Source: a virus
Lineage: Duplodnaviria; Caudoviricetes
Virus record (IMG/VR): IMGVR_UViG_3300016649_000386
Coordinates: 1-26,775 of that record
Strand: one strand, 5' to 3'
DNA length: 26,775 nt
Under the pieces are notes generated by a model. That model saw only the letters and a list, made by a program, of their open reading frames with translations, made no database searches and was not told the DNA's origin. The translations under genes were made by a program, and so were the position numbers. Positions within the stretch are counted from its first letter, which is position 1. The number at the start of each line of letters is the position of its first letter. This document shows positions 25,151 through 26,775 of this stretch, piece after piece.

Positions 25151-25531
25151 TTAATTCCATTGATATCCTACACCCTTGACGGTCTTGATACAGTCCTTCG
25201 CAAGGGCCTTGCGGATGGAGGCGATATGCACGTCTATAGTGCGCTCGCCTACTACTACATCGGTCCCCCATACATGGTTAAGGATTTCGTCCCGGTTCAC
25301 TATACGGCCCCTGTTAATCATAAGGAAGTAAGTCAGGTCGATAATCCTTCGCGGTAGCTGGATATGCCTGCCAGAGGACTGAACCGTATAGGTTTTTAAA
25401 TCTACCAACACGCCGTTGGACTCAACCTGTAGCGGTTTCTTCTCTATGGCAGACTCCAGCAGATGTATGATTTCGCCTTTGGTGTAGAAGGCTTTCTCGG
25501 AGTTTTTGATTCTTTGGAGGATGGAAGTCAT
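25151..25531 (-). CDS. OmpR/PhoB-type winged-helix DNA-binding domain without receiver
   Basis: 'GRIVNRDEILNHVWG...ERTIDVHIASIRKAL...IKTVKGVGY' Trans_reg_C signature. Confidence 0.88.
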   Translation of the reverse strand: MTSILQRIKNSEKAFYTKGEIIHLLESAIEKKPLQVESNGVLVDLKTYTVQSSGRHIQLPRRIIDLTYFLMINRGRIVNRDEILNHVWGTDVVVGERTIDVHIASIRKALAKDCIKTVKGVGYQWN

Positions 25532-25686
25532 TTCTTTCGATTTTTCTTGTAGTGAATTTTGGCAATATCGCGCAGGTCTTTTTTTGTCAGCAGGCCTTTA
25601 AGTTCCTCATCGCGTTCCTCCATATCAATAAGCCAGCAAATAAATGTAACTACTATGATAACTACGGTGGCGGTGATGTATATCAT
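25528..25686 (-). CDS. 52-aa single-TM protein (not in ORF track)
   Basis: MIYITATVVIIVVTFICWLIDMEERDEELKGLLTKKDLRDIAKIHYKKNRKK; ATGA overlaps at both ends. Confidence 0.7.
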   Translation of the reverse strand: MIYITATVVIIVVTFICWLIDMEERDEELKGLLTKKDLRDIAKIHYKKNRKK

Positions 25687-26012
25687 CTTATTGTCTTATT
25701 TAAGTGGTTAGATAATGATTCGTAGTCTTCATGGATTTCGGGATAAACCTTCATGAGATTTCGCAGGGTTTTGATTCCGTGTACTACGGTAGTATGATCC
25801 TGGTTAAATACTTTACCGATTTTTACTAATTGCCAACGGTACTTATCGCGCATAGCGTTGAAGATATGGTAGCGGATAATCACGCGATCACGGCTGCGCT
25901 CTTTCTTTAGAATGTATTTTACATTTACCTGAAAGAACTCTGCCGCTTCGGCGAGTATATTTTCTGGCGTTCTGGCTTTCTTGTCTATGCCGGGAGTTAA
26001 TAGGTAGCTCAT
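25683..26012 (-). CDS. DnaA domain IV-like DNA-binding protein
   Basis: 'IGKVFNQDHTTVVHG' matches the DnaA C-terminal signature (IG..F..RDHTTV.H); no AAA+ domain. Confidence 0.82.
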   Translation of the reverse strand: MSYLLTPGIDKKARTPENILAEAAEFFQVNVKYILKKERSRDRVIIRYHIFNAMRDKYRWQLVKIGKVFNQDHTTVVHGIKTLRNLMKVYPEIHEDYESLSNHLNKTIR

Positions 26013-26017
26013 ATCTT

Positions 26018-26045
26018 AAATAAGCACCCGACCGGAGCCGGGTGC
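26018..26045 (-). terminator. Hairpin / probable weak terminator after the SSAP gene
   Basis: Minus strand: GCACCCGGC-TCCG-GTCGGGTGC then TTATTT; UNCG-type tetraloop. Confidence 0.65.
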
Positions 26046-26066
26046 GTGGTTGGTCAAGGATAGGTG

Positions 26067-26759
26067 TTAGCGGGCCAATTCTTGATAGTTTGCTTCAGCA
26101 TCGTAAAGCCGATTGAGAAGATGCGTGGCTAACGTATAGCGTGCCAATACGCGCTTAATGATATCCTGCTCTCCGTCCTCGATTGCTTTGAGCGCCTTGT
26201 TGAATACTTCCTCGGGGATATCAGGCAGCTGCTTGGCTTGCTCCGGCTCGGGCTTTACTTCCAGATGTCCGATATCTTCGGTCACCTGCTGCATCTCCTC
26301 GGGAACATAGACCGGGCCAGCGAACACATCCGGAGTGAACCACTTAACGCCGTTACTGATTGCCCGGGCGAAAAGCATGTTCTTGGGAAACTTGTCGAGG
26401 TTCTTGGTTCCGGCTTTCTTGGCATCTTCGTAGCTGAAAGATGAATTACCAATCTTTTCGCTGCCCTCGTAGAAGTCGATGGAGCAGTGCTTGTCGGTAT
26501 TCTCCACTACCCGGTAATTGTACTTGCCGGATGATTTGACCGCCGAGGCGATAAGGCCAGCGCCGATGACCGGCTTACCTGCGATGATGTGGATGCCGCT
26601 AATGGATGCCAGCGGTGGCAGGCCCAGCTCGTTTCCGGCCATGATTTTGACCATAGCCTGGGCGGCGGATTTGATGTCTTGAAAAAGTCCAGACCGAAAG
26701 AACTGCTCGGCCAGCAGCATAGCATCGTTCGGAGCGATGCGTTGGATTTGATTGTTCAT
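26067..26759 (-). CDS. RecT/Red-beta-like single-strand annealing protein
   Basis: 'AMVKIMAGNELGLPP...IHIIAGKP', 'PKNMLFARAIS...FTPDVFAG.YVPEE' motifs. Confidence 0.8.
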   Translation of the reverse strand: MNNQIQRIAPNDAMLLAEQFFRSGLFQDIKSAAQAMVKIMAGNELGLPPLASISGIHIIAGKPVIGAGLIASAVKSSGKYNYRVVENTDKHCSIDFYEGSEKIGNSSFSYEDAKKAGTKNLDKFPKNMLFARAISNGVKWFTPDVFAGPVYVPEEMQQVTEDIGHLEVKPEPEQAKQLPDIPEEVFNKALKAIEDGEQDIIKRVLARYTLATHLLNRLYDAEANYQELAR

Positions 26760-26775
26760 GATTGTTTATTTAGAT

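Noticed and set aside
1-26775. Stop-codon reassignment, CRISPR array, tRNA, integrase, intron or intein
   Set aside because: Genes are intact in code 11 and use TAA, TAG and TGA as stops; intergenic gaps are too short; TerL, portal and capsid cores are uninterrupted.

Overview
A 26.8-kb segment of a tailed dsDNA phage (siphovirus-like) that very probably infects a Bacteroidota host. The host call rests on A-rich start regions without Shine-Dalgarno sites, Bacteroidota-style signal peptides and SprB-like repeats. The + strand (1-23408) holds a late region in unusual order: TerS end, TerL, tail assembly chaperone, neck and tail-tip genes, tape measure, XkdF-type prohead protease, scaffold, major capsid, tail tube, portal, adaptor, tail terminator, fibre-like and beta-helix proteins, then an elaborate lysis cassette. 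The - strand (23468-26759) holds early/middle genes: RecT-like SSAP, three stand-alone DNA-binding domains and a C5 methyltransferase. Main observations not explained by the ORF track: (1) two large proteins in the tail-fibre locus begin with Sec-type signal peptides and show no recognisable T9SS C-terminal domain, suggesting periplasmic export of phage appendage or depolymerase proteins; (2) a hidden -1 frameshift at a T9 run extends the tail chaperone to 2153; (3) an identical bipartite motif TAAACACTT-N11-GTCTTATTA precedes two late modules and is a candidate phage late promoter; (4) the C5 MTase appears split over two fully nested reading frames, with a clamp-binding-like QISLF motif on the inner product; (5) the portal is fused to a winged helix and a Cys/His MuF-like module. 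All family assignments come from motif recognition by eye; no database search was run.
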